64,000 bases of DNA from Armatimonadota bacterium (GTDB taxonomy: Bacteria > Armatimonadota > Fimbriimonadia > Fimbriimonadales > GBS-DC), in NCBI GenBank assembly GCA_037445735.1, contig JBBIJY010000003.1, positions 32,001 to 96,000 on the forward strand, read 5' to 3'. Below, piece after piece: positions 9,811 to 19,102 of this stretch (its first letter is position 1; each line of letters starts with the position of its first letter). The notes below the pieces were generated by a model. The model saw nothing but the letters and a program-made list of their open reading frames with translations, was not told the origin of the DNA and did no database searches. The position numbers were made by a program, and so were the translations under genes.

Positions 9811-10716
9811 TCAACGACACGCCTGCAGGAATCGGCTCGGCGGCGTGCCCCGCTGGAGATATTGCAAAATATAACGCGCCGCCTCAGCGACCTTCCGCTG
9901 ATCGACGCCCGTCTCGATGCCCATCCCGTGCAGCATGGTGAGCAGGTCTTCGGTGGCGAGGTTGCCCGCTGCGCCGGGCGCGAAGGGACAGCCGCCCAGC
10001 CCGCCCGCACTGCTATCAAAAATCGACACGCCTATCTGCAACGCCATCAGCACATTCGCCAGCGCCATCCCGTAGGTGTCGTGAAAGTGATAAGCGAGCT
10101 GTTCCAGCGGCAACACACCCTGCAATCGCTCGGTCAGCTGGGCGACCTGTGTGGGCACAGCGGCGCCTATCGTGTCGCCGAGGCTGATCTCGTCCACGCC
10201 CATCGTTAGCAGCCGTTCCACGATGGGCAACACTTTATCGGGGCTGATGATGCCCTCATAGGGGCACACGAACGCCGTCGAGATGTACGCCCGCACCCAC
10301 AGACCCGCCTGACGCGCCTGCGCCACCACCTGCTCGAACTCCTGCAGCGACTGCTCTATTGTGCGATTGAGATTCTTCTGGCAGAAGGTCTCGGAGGCGG
10401 CGGTGAAGATGGCGATTTCGCGCGCGCCAGCCGTCAGCGCCCGCTCCAGTCCCTTAAGGTTCGGAACCAGCACGGGATAGCGCACGCCTGATAGCCGCCG
10501 AAGCCCCATCAGCACCTGCTCGGCGTCGGCAAGCTGGGGCACCCAGCGCGGGCTGACGAACGAGGTCGCCTCCACCACCGATAGCCCCGCCTCCGCCAGC
10601 ATCTCGATGAAGCGAATTTTCGCTTCGGTCGGCACGAAGGTCGGCTCGTTCTGCAGCCCGTCGCGCGCGCCAACCTCCACCACCTGAACCCGCTTCGGAA
10701 ATGAAAACGCGCTCAT
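9811..10716 (-). CDS. hydroxymethylglutaryl-CoA lyase
   Basis: EVGARDGLQNE, SFVSPRWVPQLAD, HFHDTYG, GLGGCPFAPGAAGNLATED. Confidence 0.93.
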   Translation of the reverse strand: MSAFSFPKRVQVVEVGARDGLQNEPTFVPTEAKIRFIEMLAEAGLSVVEATSFVSPRWVPQLADAEQVLMGLRRLSGVRYPVLVPNLKGLERALTAGAREIAIFTAASETFCQKNLNRTIEQSLQEFEQVVAQARQAGLWVRAYISTAFVCPYEGIISPDKVLPIVERLLTMGVDEISLGDTIGAAVPTQVAQLTERLQGVLPLEQLAYHFHDTYGMALANVLMALQIGVSIFDSSAGGLGGCPFAPGAAGNLATEDLLTMLHGMGIETGVDQRKVAEAARYILQYLQRGTPPSRFLQACR

Positions 10717-10983
10717 CCGAATCGCTTCTGCTGATTCGCGAAGTTGAAGCCTGTTCCTGCTTTTCCGGTTCGCAGAACCCATCGCTCCAGAAGGGAGGCA
10801 ATCAGCAGGCTCAACGCCAGCAGCCCGCCCGCGCCGCAACCGCGTCGCCTTGAACACCCTCCATCCACCAGCGGCGCACACAGACCCTGCCAATACACCG
10901 GTTCTCACCGTCCCAGCCCATTCTCATATCGGCACTGCGCGGATGGTCTATCCCCCGCAACCCGCTCGGTCTCCTTCACAGGG

Positions 10984-11510
10984 CTATCCATTTTTGACAA
11001 TCCGTATCTGCTCTACAAAGATAAGGTCTGGTTTCGTTCTGCCCTGAGCATCCAGTGGTCCTGCCCAGGGACACCAGTAGCCCCGCACTTCCAGCTCCAT
11101 GCCTAACTTCAGCCCCAGCAAGTGCTGCTGCTGAAAGCTTCTCTGCCATCGCGGATCTCCTATCAAGCGAACCTTCCGACGCAGCTTCACCCTCACAATC
11201 CTGTCAGCCGATTTCAGTTTACCCTGCCACCCGCCAGTGTCTTCATCTACCTCAACCAGTTGTCCTTTCAGTTGTGCAGGCGGCAGGTATAGTTTCCAGC
11301 TAACAAGGCGCACTTCTGGACTGTCTATGGAGGCTTCCGAGTCGCTTACAGTCAGTTCTCCTCGCAAGATTACCCGCATACCCAACTCCAGTTCCTCCGC
11401 CACCTTGCGACTCAAGTCGATGTCAGCAAGGTTGGTCACCCCGCGACAGCACCGACTGCGACCACGCCTCTCACGGGGTCGATCCTCACAACGGATAAAC
11501 ACACAACCAT
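10984..11510 (-). pseudogene. hypothetical beta-rich (OB-fold-like) protein, possibly frameshifted near 11440
   Basis: The SD plus ATG at 11510 reads only 24 codons. The long frame 11439-10984 resumes at a GGGG run. Atypical codon use. Confidence 0.35.
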
Positions 11511-11525
11511 CTCCTCTTCGTCTGC

Positions 11526-12740
11526 CTATGCTGGTTGCAGTGGGATGCGCACGCGGAAGGTGGTGCCCTTGCCCGGTGCGCTGGTGGCGTCCCACTGACC
11601 CCTGTGTGCCAGCACCGCGCTGCGGATGATTCGGGTTCCCAGTCCTGTGCCGCCCGCCTTGCTGCTGGTAGCGCGTCCATCCAGAATCTCGCGCACGCGG
11701 AAGGCGGGCATACCCGCGCCCGTGTCGCTCACCTCCAGCTCCAGATAGAGATGACCCCTGCCGTTGTCTTCCGGATGCGCCCGCACCATCACTTCGCCAC
11801 CGGGCGGCGTCGCCTCAATCGCATTATGCAGCAGGTTGTACACCATGCGCTCGATAAGGAATCGATCCAGCAGGGCGGGCGGGGTCGGCTTAATATCGGT
11901 TTTGATGGAGACCTGTTTCTGGCGCGCCAGCGGCATCAGTGCGCCCACCCGCGATTCGACAATCTCGGCGAACGAATGCGGCTCCAGTTTCACTTCGGAG
12001 GTGGCGCCCCGGATGGCGTCGGCGACCAGCTGGGTGTCGCGATAGACCTCTGTTGTCGCGCCATAGATCGCGCCCAGCGCCTCCTGCATCATCATGTAGG
12101 CTTCCGGATGAACGCGCGCAATCTCGCTCAGATAGGGGTCGATGGTCTGGATCCAGCCCAGCACCACATTCACCTTATTTTTGATGTCGTGCGCCAGCGT
12201 GCCCATCGTTTCGGCTAAATGGGCTAACTCGGCGTCGCGTGCGAGCTGCGCGTTCTGGATTGCCAGCGCAGCGATGTCGGCAATAATGCCTGTCATCGTC
12301 AGGTCATCTTCGCTGAACACGCCCTGCCGACGGTTCACCAGCTGCATCACGCCCAGCATCTCACCGTCGGCGCTGCGCATCGGCACGGTCAGCAGGCTGG
12401 TGGTGCGATGGCGCAACGCGATGTCGACGCGCGGCGAGTGTTGCGGGTCATGTTCAGGGTCGAGTGTGAGTTTGGGCTGACCTGTGCGGAACACCTCGCC
12501 CGCGATGCCCTCGTCCACATCGAGCGACATGCCCTGCAGTTCATGGCTCTTATCGCCCACCACATAGCGGAACACCAGCGCCTTGAGCGACGGGTCGTAG
12601 AGCAGGATCGAGCCGCCTTCCGCGTCCACACTCTGCATCGCCACCTGCAGAATGCGGCGCAGGCGCTCCTCGAAATCGAGTGCAGTGAACAGCTGCTGCG
12701 TCACCGCCTGAATCACCTGAATGCGATTACGCTCTTCCAT
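11526..12740 (-). CDS. cytoplasmic GAF-domain sensor histidine kinase
   Basis: GAF domain; H-box AHDIKN; N-box NLLHNA; DTGAG; GTGLG. Confidence 0.92.
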   Translation of the reverse strand: MEERNRIQVIQAVTQQLFTALDFEERLRRILQVAMQSVDAEGGSILLYDPSLKALVFRYVVGDKSHELQGMSLDVDEGIAGEVFRTGQPKLTLDPEHDPQHSPRVDIALRHRTTSLLTVPMRSADGEMLGVMQLVNRRQGVFSEDDLTMTGIIADIAALAIQNAQLARDAELAHLAETMGTLAHDIKNKVNVVLGWIQTIDPYLSEIARVHPEAYMMMQEALGAIYGATTEVYRDTQLVADAIRGATSEVKLEPHSFAEIVESRVGALMPLARQKQVSIKTDIKPTPPALLDRFLIERMVYNLLHNAIEATPPGGEVMVRAHPEDNGRGHLYLELEVSDTGAGMPAFRVREILDGRATSSKAGGTGLGTRIIRSAVLAHRGQWDATSAPGKGTTFRVRIPLQPA

Positions 12741-12785
12741 CGATACCTCCTGAATTGCCAGATACCCAACGACTTTGCCATGGGA

Positions 12786-13688
12786 TTATTCGACGGGCGT
12801 TGCGCCGTTTCCTGCATGGGGCACCACCTGTTCGGGCGCGATTTGCACCGCGTGGAGGGCGGCTTGCAGGGCGCGGGCGGCGTCGGTGGTCAGCAGGACG
12901 CCGATCAGCTCGGTGTCGCGCACATCGGTTCCCAGCGCTCGCGCCTGCTGACGCACATACTCCAGCACGCGATAGAGGTCGGTGCGGTCGGGACGGGTGA
13001 GATTGAGCGAGACCTGTGCTGTCTGGCGTGAGGGGAGCCAGAAGCCCAGCGCGCGCACGCCCTGCAGGGCGGGGTTGGTTGCCCGCTCGCGCCGAATCTG
13101 GCGGGCAATCTGCCGCGCCAGCGCCGCATCGGGCGTTTGCAGGTTGATGTTGAACGCGATCAGCGGGTCGCGCACGCCCAGCACGGTCGCGCCCGCCGTC
13201 GGATGCAGCTGCGCCCTGCCGTAATCGGGCGGATAGTGCTCAACGCCCGCATTCACCCGCTGGCGAATGGTTGGCAAATCGCGGATGCGCCCCTCGGCAG
13301 CCGAATGCTCATACAGATAGACGGGCACACGCAGTTGTTGCGCAAAACGGCACGCCAGCCGACGGGAGAAGGCGACCGCCTGCTCGCGCGACAGCCCCTC
13401 CAGCACCGTCAGCGGCACCACATCGACCGCTCCGATGCGTGGGTGAACGCCCTGATGCACGCGCAGATCGATGCGCTCGATGGCGACCTGCGCCGCGTGC
13501 AGCACCGCCCGCGCCACCTGGCGCGGCGTGCCCGAAAACGCCAGCACCATCCGATGATGGTCATAATCCCACGAGAGGTGATGCACCACCACACCCGCCG
13601 CGCGTGCCGCGTCGGCAATCGCATGAATGGTCGCCTCGTCGCGACCTTCCGAAAAGTTCGGCACGCACAACAGGCGCGGACGGCTCAT
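12786..13688 (-). CDS. ftcd: glutamate formimidoyltransferase
   Basis: CVPNFSEGRD, HQGVHPRIGAVDVVP, HPTAGAT, LIAFNINL. Confidence 0.92.
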   Translation of the reverse strand: MSRPRLLCVPNFSEGRDEATIHAIADAARAAGVVVHHLSWDYDHHRMVLAFSGTPRQVARAVLHAAQVAIERIDLRVHQGVHPRIGAVDVVPLTVLEGLSREQAVAFSRRLACRFAQQLRVPVYLYEHSAAEGRIRDLPTIRQRVNAGVEHYPPDYGRAQLHPTAGATVLGVRDPLIAFNINLQTPDAALARQIARQIRRERATNPALQGVRALGFWLPSRQTAQVSLNLTRPDRTDLYRVLEYVRQQARALGTDVRDTELIGVLLTTDAARALQAALHAVQIAPEQVVPHAGNGATPVE

Positions 13689-14419
13689 GACAGGCTCACC
13701 GGTTCAGGCACGAGGCTCAACAGCTCATGGAGCGTGCGCAGGATCGGCACTGGCGCATCGGGTTCGGGAACGGGTGCGCCTTCGCGATTGAGCCACGCCG
13801 CGCGCCAGCCCACCTGCAAGGCGCCCTTCACATCATGCTCCCACGAGTTGCCCACGAACAGAATCTGCGCGGGCGCCACCTCCAGCTGGTGCTGAACCCA
13901 CCGAAAGAGCGCGGGGTCAGGCTTGCCGACGCCCCGCTCGCCTTCGATCGCAATCACCTCAAAATAGGGTTCCAGTCCGAGCAGACGCAGCTCGCGCCGC
14001 TGCTCCAGCGCGGGTCCGTTCGTGATGAGAAACAGCCGATAGTGCGGGCGCAGGGCGTTCAGCACTGGCAGGGCGTCCTCATATAACTGCAACTGTTGCT
14101 CGCGCAGCTGCAGATAGCGGGCGCTAAGCTGTTCGGCGAGCCGGTCGGATGGAACCCCTAACAGCGCCAGCATGCGGCGCATCGTCTCGGTGCGCGTCGG
14201 CTCGCCGCTGTGCAGATAGCGCGAGCGCCACGGCTCCCGCTGGATTTCGTCCATCATCTGCCAGAACGCCTGCCGATACGCCTGATCGATGGTGTCGAGA
14301 TCCAGCCCCGTCAGGGGCTGAACCAGCTCTGCGAACGCCTGCCGCCGCGCCCGTACCGCCACCGGCATATAGACGCACAGCGTATCGTCCAGATCGAACC
14401 CGATAGCCTGCAACTCCAT
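13685..14419 (-). CDS. HAD-family hydrolase (subfamily IA)
   Basis: FDLDDTL, ITNG, GKPDP, VGNSWEHD. Confidence 0.9.
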   Translation of the reverse strand: MELQAIGFDLDDTLCVYMPVAVRARRQAFAELVQPLTGLDLDTIDQAYRQAFWQMMDEIQREPWRSRYLHSGEPTRTETMRRMLALLGVPSDRLAEQLSARYLQLREQQLQLYEDALPVLNALRPHYRLFLITNGPALEQRRELRLLGLEPYFEVIAIEGERGVGKPDPALFRWVQHQLEVAPAQILFVGNSWEHDVKGALQVGWRAAWLNREGAPVPEPDAPVPILRTLHELLSLVPEPVSLS

Positions 14420-14483
14420 CGCACAGAGTGTACCCCCTCTTTCAGCAGGAGAATCGGGCGGGAGCGCGAAACGCTTTAGTGCT

Positions 14484-16910
14484 ATGCGCAGAGGCATGGG
14501 AAAGATGATAGCGGGTGTGCTGTTATTGCCGACGCTGTTGCTGTGGGCGTCGCTGACCGATGGCGAATCGCGCTATATCGGCATGCGGATGGCGAACGGG
14601 CAGCTTATGCCTGCCCCGCCCGGAAGCGACCTGACGGAGCCAGCGACGGGGTTGCAAAAGGCGTTCCCGCCGATTGTTCAGCCTGACGACAACCCCACCA
14701 CGCCCGAAAAGGTGGAGCTGGGACGCATGCTCTTTTTCGACCCGATTCTTTCGGACGACAACACGCTCTCCTGTGCGCACTGCCATCATCCCGATCTGGG
14801 TTTCTCGGACGGGTTGCCGCGTTCACGGGGCAGGGGTGCGCAGGGCGCGGGCATCCATCGCAGGGCGGGCATCGAACTCACGCGCGGCGCGCCCACCCTC
14901 TGGAACGCGCTCTATAACCACCGCCAGTTCTGGGACGGACGCGCCGCCGATCTGGAGGAGCAAGCCCGCATGGTCATCACCACGCCCGAAGAGGTGAACG
15001 CCGACCCCGACGCGCTGGTGCGCGAGCTGAAAGCCATTCCCGAGTATCGGCGACTGTTCGACCGCGCCTTCGGCGGGCAGAACGGTGAATCGATCACCTT
15101 CGGCAATATCGCGCGGGCGATTGCCGCCTTTGAGCGCACGCTGGTCAGTTTCAACTCGCGCTTTGACCGCTATGCGGCGGGCGACGGCAGCGCGCTCACC
15201 CCGCAGGAGAAGCGTGGGCTGAAGCTGTTCCTGTCGCCCAAAACGCGCTGTAATGAGTGCCACGGACTGCCCACCTTCGCCAATCGCGACTTCAAGGTGA
15301 TTGGCGTGCCCAATCCGCCCGACGGTCCGCCCGATGTGCCGAAAGCGGGAGCCGAACCCGGACGCGGCGGCGGACCCAACGGCGCGTTCAAAATCCCCAC
15401 CCTGCGCAATATCGCGCTCACCGCGCCCTATATGCATAACGGCATCTTCCAGACGCTGGAGGAGGTGCTGGACTTTTACTCGAACGGCGGCGGGCGCGGA
15501 CGCGGACTCGATGTGCCCCTGCAGGATGACAAGATTCGCAAGTTCACACTCACCCCGCAGGAGAAAGCCGACCTGATTGCCTTTCTGCTGGCGCTGACCG
15601 ACGAGAGCGCGAAGCCACCGATTCCAGAGCGCGTGCCGTCGGGGTTGCCAGTCGTGCCGCGTATGGCGCCCCATCTGCCCACGCGCCTGAACCTGCCCAG
15701 CCCCGAGCTGCGTCGCATCCGCGCGATGCAGAAGGAGCAGCGCTCCGACGCGCGTCGCACCGCTGATGCCAGCGCCACCCCGCGCCGCACGCGCCTGTCG
15801 ATGGCGTTCAGCCAGCCTTCGCCAGAAAGCCGGACTTTCTCACGCCCCTCGACGACGCGCGCCCAAACCGCCCCACAGCCGACTCGCGCCCGCATCGTCG
15901 AAGTGCGCCCGGGCGACAGCATCCAGGAAGCCGTCGACAAAGCGGGACGCAACGGCATCGTGCGCATCTACCCCGGCACCTACCACGAGAATGTGCTGGT
16001 CATCCATCACGGCATCACCATCGAAGGCGTGATCCAGAACGGCAGGCGCCCTGTGCTGGACGGCAAAAATCGCCTGCCCGATGCGATTGCCGCGCTCGGC
16101 AACGACTTCACCGTGCAGAACCTCGAAATCCGCAACTATCAGGGCAACGGCGTTGTGGTGCATAAAGCCCGCAATGTGACCTTCCGCAACCTGCGCATCC
16201 ATAATACGGGCGTGTACGGCATCTATCCCGTAGAGTGCGAGGGCGTGCTGGTCGAAAAGTGCGTCGTGTCGGGCGTCAAGGACGCGGGCATCTATGTGGG
16301 TCAATCGCGCAACATTATCGTGCGCCAGAATGAAGCCTTCGAAAATGTCGCAGGCATCGAGATCGAGAACTCGGTGAACGCGCTGGTGGAAGAGAACTAT
16401 GTCCATCGCAACACGGGCGGTATCCTTGTGTTCCTGCTGCCGTTCAACCCGTCCAAAGTGCAGGACACGACGGTTGTGCGACGCAATCGTGTGATGGAGA
16501 ACAACACGCCCAACTTTGGCGACCCGAACGCGATTGTGGCGAATGTGCTGAAGGGCACAGGCATCCTTATTCTGGCAGCTGACCGCACGGAGGTGTACGA
16601 GAACGAGGTGGTGGGCAACGGCTCGTTCGGGATTGCGGTGGTGAGCCTGCTCAATCTGTTCCCGCGCGACACCCGCTTCGATGTGGAGCCGTTCCCGGAT
16701 GGCAACCGCATCTACAATAACATCCTGCGCGAGAACGGCAAAGACCCCGACCCGCGCCTGAGCCGATTCGGCGTGCGCCCTGTCGACCTGCTCTGGGACA
16801 TGTCGGGGCGCGATAACCGCTGGCATCAGCCAGGCGCGACCACCTTCCCTGCGAACCTGCCCGGCGACTCACTCGCAACCGAGACCGAACCGAAGCAACA
16901 CAATCCGTAG
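14484..16910 (+). CDS. secreted di-heme cytochrome c peroxidase (MauG/CcpA family) fused to a parallel beta-helix domain
   Basis: Signal/TM; LGRMLFFDP, CAHCH, QFWDGRA, CNECH, FKIPTLRN, APYMHNG; C-terminal PbH1 repeats (DAGIYVGQS, GIEIENS). Confidence 0.88.
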   Translation: MRRGMGKMIAGVLLLPTLLLWASLTDGESRYIGMRMANGQLMPAPPGSDLTEPATGLQKAFPPIVQPDDNPTTPEKVELGRMLFFDPILSDDNTLSCAHCHHPDLGFSDGLPRSRGRGAQGAGIHRRAGIELTRGAPTLWNALYNHRQFWDGRAADLEEQARMVITTPEEVNADPDALVRELKAIPEYRRLFDRAFGGQNGESITFGNIARAIAAFERTLVSFNSRFDRYAAGDGSALTPQEKRGLKLFLSPKTRCNECHGLPTFANRDFKVIGVPNPPDGPPDVPKAGAEPGRGGGPNGAFKIPTLRNIALTAPYMHNGIFQTLEEVLDFYSNGGGRGRGLDVPLQDDKIRKFTLTPQEKADLIAFLLALTDESAKPPIPERVPSGLPVVPRMAPHLPTRLNLPSPELRRIRAMQKEQRSDARRTADASATPRRTRLSMAFSQPSPESRTFSRPSTTRAQTAPQPTRARIVEVRPGDSIQEAVDKAGRNGIVRIYPGTYHENVLVIHHGITIEGVIQNGRRPVLDGKNRLPDAIAALGNDFTVQNLEIRNYQGNGVVVHKARNVTFRNLRIHNTGVYGIYPVECEGVLVEKCVVSGVKDAGIYVGQSRNIIVRQNEAFENVAGIEIENSVNALVEENYVHRNTGGILVFLLPFNPSKVQDTTVVRRNRVMENNTPNFGDPNAIVANVLKGTGILILAADRTEVYENEVVGNGSFGIAVVSLLNLFPRDTRFDVEPFPDGNRIYNNILRENGKDPDPRLSRFGVRPVDLLWDMSGRDNRWHQPGATTFPANLPGDSLATETEPKQHNP

Positions 16911-16967
16911 GTCGCTGTCATCGGGGTAAAGAGTCAGGGTGCACCCCGACGGAGGAGGTTGAGGCGG

Positions 16968-17447
16968 TTACTTCTCGACCTGCACCTGCACGACGCGCGG
17001 CTTCGCCGCCTCCGCCTTGGGCAGGTGAATCTCCAGAATGCCGTTGCGGTACACCGCCTTCACTTTCTTCTCGTCGATGGCGGTCGGCACGGTGTACGAG
17101 ACGCTGAACTTGCCGTACCCACCCAGGCGGCTGATGTAGTGCGCGGTAATGTTCTCGCCCTCCAGCAGCGGCTTGCGCTCACCCGACACCGTCACGGTGC
17201 CATCAGCAATCTCCACATGCAGGTCTTTCTCGTGAACACCGGGCGCCGTGACGAACATCACGAACTCGTCGGGTGTCTCATACACATCCAGCGCGGGCGA
17301 GAACTCCAGCGCCTCCGCGCGTGCAGGTCGCAGATCAAAGAAGCGATTGAACAGCTCATCCATCTCGCGGCGGAACTGCTCCAGCTCACGGAACGGATTC
17401 CAGGTCATCAGCGCATTCTCCGGCTCGCGTCGTACCAGCGTACGCAT
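16968..17447 (-). CDS. small heat shock protein (Hsp20)
   Basis: PALDVYET, VSGERK, KAVYRNGILEIHLPK; AAGGAGG SD. Confidence 0.95.
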   Translation of the reverse strand: MRTLVRREPENALMTWNPFRELEQFRREMDELFNRFFDLRPARAEALEFSPALDVYETPDEFVMFVTAPGVHEKDLHVEIADGTVTVSGERKPLLEGENITAHYISRLGGYGKFSVSYTVPTAIDEKKVKAVYRNGILEIHLPKAEAAKPRVVQVQVEK

Positions 17448-17495
17448 CGTCGACTCACCTCCTTCGCCAGATTTGAGTGTCTTGATGGAAGGTCT

Positions 17496-17516
17496 CTTGA
17501 GTGCCTTCCACTCACC
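17496..17516. promoter_or_regulatory. HAIR-like (HspR) operator CTTGAGT-N7-ACTCACC
   Basis: 12/14 match to CTTGAGT-N7-ACTCAAG, immediately downstream of the hsp20 promoter. Confidence 0.6.
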
Positions 17517-17517
17517 C

Positions 17518-17545
17518 TATACGGAGGTCGGCACCAAAAAGTTCC
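17518..17545 (-). promoter_or_regulatory. ECF-sigma promoter of hsp20 (GGAAC-N17-CGTATA)
   Basis: Boxes and spacer length are identical to the promoter upstream of the ECF sigma gene. Confidence 0.7.
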
Positions 17546-17593
17546 CGGGCGCGTTTCTGGTATACTCCCGTTTCGGGCGGAAGGAGCGAACGC

Positions 17594-19093
17594 ATGGAGG
17601 CATTTGGGATACCGCAGGTCGAATGGAGCGTGCTGGCGCCTCTGATGATCGTGGTGGGCACGGCGCTCGTGGTGCTGATTGGGGAGCTGTTCCTGCCGCG
17701 GGGTCAGCACGCGCCGCTGATGCTGATGGGCTTGCTGGGACTGGCGCTGGCAGCCTATTTTCAGGCGGCGCTGTGGGGTTCCAGCCTCTCCACATGGGCG
17801 GATACTGCGCTCACCGACAATATCGCCACCCTGCTCAATCTGGTGATACTGGTCTCCAGCGGGCTGGTGCTGCTGTTCGCGGATGACTATTTGCGGGCGC
17901 GCAATATTCGCTATGGCGAATTTTATCCGCTCCTGCTGTTCGCGACGGCGGGCGCGATGACCATGACCATCAGCACGAACCTGATGGTGATTTTTCTGGG
18001 GCTGGAGGTGATGTCGCTCGCGCTCTATGTGCTGGCAGGGCTGGCGCGAGCGGAGGTGCGTTCGGAGGAGGCGGCAATCAAATATTTCCTGCTGGGCGCG
18101 TTCGCGTCGGCGTTTCTGCTGTACGGCATCGCCCTGCTGTACGGCGCGACGGGCACAGTTGACCTGCGCGCGATGGGCGCACGCTGGCTGGCGACCGCGC
18201 CGGGCGAGAGCGCGCACGCGCTGCTGATTGCCAGCCTGGTGCTGATTCTGATCGGGCTGGGCTTCAAGGCGGCGCTCGTGCCGTTCCATATGTGGACACC
18301 CGATGTGTATCAGGGTGCGCCGACGGTCGCCACCGCGCTGATGGCAGCCATCTCCAAAGTGGCGGCGTTCGCCGTGCTGATCCGGCTGCTCAGTGCGGCG
18401 ATGCCGATGATGACGCTCTGGGCGCCGATCCTGTGGTGGCTGGCGGCGCTCTCGATGGTGGTGGGCAACCTGACGGCGTTGCTCCAGCGCGACGCCAAGC
18501 GGATGCTCGCCTATTCCAGCATCGGGCACGCAGGCTACCTCGCGGTCGGGCTGGTGAGCATGAACGCGACGGGGCTGACGGGCGTGCTGTTCTATCTGGC
18601 GGCGTATGCGCTGATGACGATTGGCGCGTTTGGGGTGCTATCGCTGATGGCGCGGGCGGGCGACGCCACCACCCTCGACGCGCTGCGCGGGCTATCGCGC
18701 CGCCAGCCGCTGACCGCGTTTGCGATGGCAATCTCTCTGCTCGCGCTGGCGGGCATCCCACCCACAGCGGGCTTCTGGGGCAAGTGGTATCTGTTTCTGG
18801 GCGCGCTGGAGGCCGGTCAGACGCTGCTAACGGTGCTGCTCGCGCTCACCAGTGTGGTGGGCGCGGCGTACTACCTGCGCCTGCTGTTCAGCCTCTATGC
18901 GGAGCCTGTCGATGCGCCCGCGCCCCGCTGGAGCCTGCCCCTGCCGATGGTTATCTGCCTGCTTGCCTGTCTGATCGGGCTGATCGGGCTGGGCATCGTG
19001 CCGCGCCCGCTCGCCGAATCGAGCCGCCAGGCAGTCAGCCAGCTGCAGACCGCACTGCCCGAAGGATCGCTCAAGGCGTGGGGACGCAGGTAA
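17594..19093 (+). CDS. nuoN: NADH-quinone oxidoreductase subunit N
   Basis: Polytopic; GEFYPLLL, EAAIKYFLLG, FKAALVPFHMWTPDVYQGAP, KRMLAYSSIGHAG, GIPPTAGFWGK. Confidence 0.95.
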   Translation: MEAFGIPQVEWSVLAPLMIVVGTALVVLIGELFLPRGQHAPLMLMGLLGLALAAYFQAALWGSSLSTWADTALTDNIATLLNLVILVSSGLVLLFADDYLRARNIRYGEFYPLLLFATAGAMTMTISTNLMVIFLGLEVMSLALYVLAGLARAEVRSEEAAIKYFLLGAFASAFLLYGIALLYGATGTVDLRAMGARWLATAPGESAHALLIASLVLILIGLGFKAALVPFHMWTPDVYQGAPTVATALMAAISKVAAFAVLIRLLSAAMPMMTLWAPILWWLAALSMVVGNLTALLQRDAKRMLAYSSIGHAGYLAVGLVSMNATGLTGVLFYLAAYALMTIGAFGVLSLMARAGDATTLDALRGLSRRQPLTAFAMAISLLALAGIPPTAGFWGKWYLFLGALEAGQTLLTVLLALTSVVGAAYYLRLLFSLYAEPVDAPAPRWSLPLPMVICLLACLIGLIGLGIVPRPLAESSRQAVSQLQTALPEGSLKAWGRR

Positions 19094-19102
19094 ACTTTAC
19101 CT

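Noticed and set aside
17450-17590. CIRCE element at hsp20
   Set aside because: No TTAGCACTC-N9-GAGTGCTAA; the site fits HAIR better.
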